Of a DNA stretch of 37,360 nt, positions 34,697 through 37,360 are shown piece after piece (positions within the stretch are counted from its first letter, which is position 1; each line of letters opens with the position of its first letter). Origin of the DNA: Octopus bimaculoides (Eukaryota). The position numbers and the translations under genes are program-made. Location of the stretch: positions 34,309,495 to 34,346,854 of the forward strand of contig NC_068987.1 of the NCBI RefSeq assembly GCF_001194135.2, written 5' to 3'. Under the pieces are notes generated by a model, which was not told where the DNA came from, did no database searches, and saw only the letters and a list, made by a program, of their open reading frames with translations.

Positions 34697-35586
34697 GGCT
34701 TTGGTGATAGTTCAACTCAGTATGCAGAAGCCAGATGTAATTGCCGCAATCTAACGATTCTGCATATGGATCACATGGCTATACACACACGCACGCACGC
34801 ACGCGCACAGGCACGCGCGCATTCAGAGTTCCACACATATCAATATATAAGTGGATATTCCAATGTATACGTACACATACGAATATATAGAAATACGAGC
34901 GTGTATATGGGTGTGTGTTTACTGATATGCGTGTTTGTATAGCAAAATCCAGAAACGTAACAAAAATTCATAACATGGAAATACATGATTGTCAAGTTTG
35001 ATTTGTTACTTTTAAAAATAAGGAAATCTGATTTTATTGTTCTAGACGTGTTTGTATCAATTTCTTAGTGAACACACGAGAAGTAAACATAACACTATGG
35101 AATCCATCCAATTTTATCTCGTTCATATTTATTCTCCCGTCAAGAAGCTTCAAACCAAGTCAATTCTTCTGACACCCGAAGAAATTAATTGACCTCTATC
35201 GCACATACTGAAGTTTTCTGTTGTTATTTTCTTCTTTCCAATATATCAAGAATAATTCCCTTGATATAAACTTTTGACGTAGAACATGATTTATATCAGT
35301 AGTTCATAAAATAAGAAATACTAGCTCCACTCCAACTAGTTCTATATTTGGTTACTGCTCCACTCCTGAATCAGAGTTCAAAATATACTTTGCATCCATA
35401 TAATTCTTCCTTTTTTTACTAAATTTAGGGAAATTTAATTATATCATACCATGCTTAATTTGATTAAACAAATCGGCCAACATCAAAAATTCTGGGCTGT
35501 GCTCGTGATATATAACGCAATAAGCTTCAGGTATCAGAGATTAGCAGACACAGGCACACACATATGTATTCATGCATGCATGTATG

Positions 35587-35620
<34 letters not shown>

Positions 35621-35710
35621 TGTATGGCTTTGGTAATAGTTCAACTCAGTATGCAGAAGCCGTAAGTAAGTAAGTGCCGTAATCTAACGATTCTGCATAT
35701 GGATCACATG
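34697..35710 (+). repeat. Dispersed ~82 bp direct repeat pair (34697-34777 and 35626-35710)
   Basis: GGCTTTGGT(G/A)ATAGTTCAACTCAGTATGCAGAAGCC..TGCCG(C/T)AATCTAACGATTCTGCATATGGATCACATG in both copies. Confidence 0.93.
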
Positions 35711-35746
35711 TATGTAAACGAGTATGTATATATGAGCATACATATA

Positions 35747-36931
35747 CAGTAGTAGCCAAAATTAGAATATGAAATTGAAATTTATTTACATTTCTACGAA
35801 TAGGATTTTTACTGTATATAACCTAGAGTGTCTTCATTATATACATTACATTCTGCAGGAAGTTATTTTATAACTAAATAATTTATATTACAGAAAATGT
35901 TTATTTGAAAAAAGTATGATAGCCAACATAAAAGAACGCATGGTGTAAAGTTCAAAGTGTGAAATCTGTAAACTAAGTTGACATAACATAGCAATGATTT
36001 ATATTGACCAGTAGTGAATTAACAACCATAGAAAATCAACATAAAGGTAATGAAAGCCTCAGGAAGCGAGTGGTCACCCTGAAAAAGAAGGAATGGGATT
36101 TTCTGCTATCGCCAAAGACATTAGCCGATCAAAGAGTGTTATTTCAAGAATACTCAATCGTTAGGAAGAAGCAAGACCATTTGTTTCATTAGAAAAATGA
36201 GGGATTCCACGGTAAAAAAAAGTGTTCGGCAAGATCGTGTGATTCAGAGGCTGCTGTTAAAAGACCGTTTCGATACTGCTGCAGGAATTTCTCGTCAAGT
36301 AAATCGTTATTTCGGAATGAATGTGTCTGGGAAGACTGTGACTTATCGTTTGAAGTAAGTTGAACTTCATGCCAATTCCCCCACTACTAAACCTTTCATC
36401 GGTATGAAAAATCGAAAATTTAGTTTGGTCTTTGCCAATGAGCATGTACATTTATTCTATTCCAAGCAAAATAGCTAGTTGTAAAATCTCAAGAAGAGAG
36501 CAGAGTAGTAATTATACAAAGAAGTAAAGTCAATCACCAAATCAAAGTGGCAATTCCATGTTACTACTAGTTTAGCCCCAGGCATATCTTCTGCCAGTTG
36601 GTTATCGGTGCGACGCTGCACCCTTCATAAACAATATATATTGCTAGAAGGAGTGAGAACCTCTACCATCCTCTAACAAACAAAGGGGTCACGGACTGGC
36701 ACAGTTTGGAGCTGGTTGGATCGTCCTCAGCGGTGAGCCAAGGTCTGCTCCAGCCAGCAATATACTGTAAACAAATCAATCTATTTAGTTATTAAACACT
36801 TCCTACAAAATTTAGTGTAGCAAATGATTATGCTGTAAAGTATATACAGTAAAACTCACATTCGGAAAAATGAAGTAGACATGTAAATATGTTTATTCTT
36901 TATTTTCGTTGTCTAATTTTGGCCACTATAT
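35747..36931 (+). mobile_element. Tc1-like DNA transposon, internally deleted (~1.19 kb), long imperfect TIRs, TA flanks
   Basis: Left end TA|CAGTAGTAGCCAAAATTAGA; right end TCTAATTTTGGCCACTATAT|TA (16/20 match). Further inverted blocks TATTTACAT-TCTAC, TTTTACTGTATATA and AGGAAGT..TAACTAAATA extend the TIRs to ~150 bp. Confidence 0.85.
36004..36452 (+). pseudogene. Tc1-family transposase N-terminal (paired/HTH DNA-binding) half, frameshifted; DDE domain absent
   Basis: Frame-hopping translation gives SLRKRVVTLKKK/GMGFSAIAKDISRSKSVISRILNR*..GIPR/KSVRQDRVIQRLLLKDRFDTAAGISRQVNRYFGMNVSGKTVTYRLK*VELHANSPTTKPFIGMKNRKFSLVFANEHV. This fits the Tc1 pattern R-GRPRK..DR...D.F.TA.....VS..TV.RRL...GL....P.KKP.......RL.FA.EH. 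Confidence 0.85.
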
Positions 36932-37202
36932 TATAAGGCAGAAACACGTGTCAACAACTATCCTCATACATCTAGACCTTAGTCTTGATTGCATGTCATG
37001 TTTGAAAATTTCTGGAAACTTGATATGATTTACCCTTCTCATATGGAACTGTTCTCAAATAGCATTCGCCAATTGTGCCACATGTTGTACAGGCGGAGTT
37101 GGCTTTAATCAATCAAGAATATATGTTGTACACTATATGATATATCAATATTTACCATTGTTGTTTATATAAATGTCAGCAGACATTCTGTTTGTACATT
37201 TT

Positions 37203-37360
37203 TGTTTAATAACTAAGAGGGTATACAAAGGAGCTATGAAGAAGTTTGAAACAATCAAACGCAACGATAGGAATGGGATTTGCCCACTCTATAGGAGCAA
37301 ATCATGGAACACCATAGAAAGGACTAAGAAGAAAATAGGGAAGGCAAGCTCATGGTACGA
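37203..37360 (+). mobile_element. Probable Penelope-like element fragment (post-RT region), continues beyond window
   Basis: Open frame ITKRVYKGAMKKFETIKRNDRNGICPLYRSKSWNTIERTKKKIGKASSWY resembles the recalled G-RPLYR---W---ER---K---K--WY motif of invertebrate PLE-type RT ORFs; only ~50 aa visible. Confidence 0.5.

Noticed and set aside
34697-35710. TRIM/LTR mini-retrotransposon interpretation of the 82-bp repeats (TG..CA ends, TGG after first copy)
   Set aside because: No matching target-site duplication, no polypurine tract before the second copy, and the TGGCTATAC does not match a tRNA 3' end I recognise. H/ACA, C/D snoRNA, hammerhead and HDV folds also did not fit.
1-37360. CRISPR arrays, operons, prokaryotic defence systems
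   Set aside because: No repeat-spacer arrays or intact gene clusters; all features are eukaryotic repeats.

Overview
AT-rich eukaryotic (animal) genomic DNA with four assembly gaps (9017-9496, 14455-15366, 20227-20730, 21702-22043) and many microsatellites. The SINE and retroelement repertoire looks like a cephalopod (Octopus-type) genome; this is inferred from recalled sequences, not from a search. I find no intact protein-coding gene, rRNA, functional tRNA, CRISPR array or prokaryotic feature, and most ORF-track entries are microsatellite, gap or antisense artefacts. The window is a transposon graveyard. It holds about 13 decayed fragments of R4/Dong-like non-LTR retrotransposons (RT, CCHC finger, restriction-like endonuclease) from several families, roughly 16 kb or about 45% of non-N bases by my approximate boundaries. 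These are tightly coupled to (TAA)n arrays, and an ~8 kb same-strand stack lies at 25.5-33.6 kb. Also present: an internally deleted Tx1/L1-clade LINE (minus), two tRNA-derived SINEs, a tRNA-Met-like relic, an internally deleted Tc1-like DNA transposon with long TIRs that the ORF track misses, and a probable Penelope-like fragment at the right edge. The most interesting signals are the TAA-coupled stacking of RLE elements, small 3'-terminal hairpins in different RLE families, the tRNA-Met-like relic upstream of a truncated RLE element, and an unexplained ~82 bp hairpin-containing direct repeat. None is evidence of a new system without further checks. Element boundaries are approximate unless stated.
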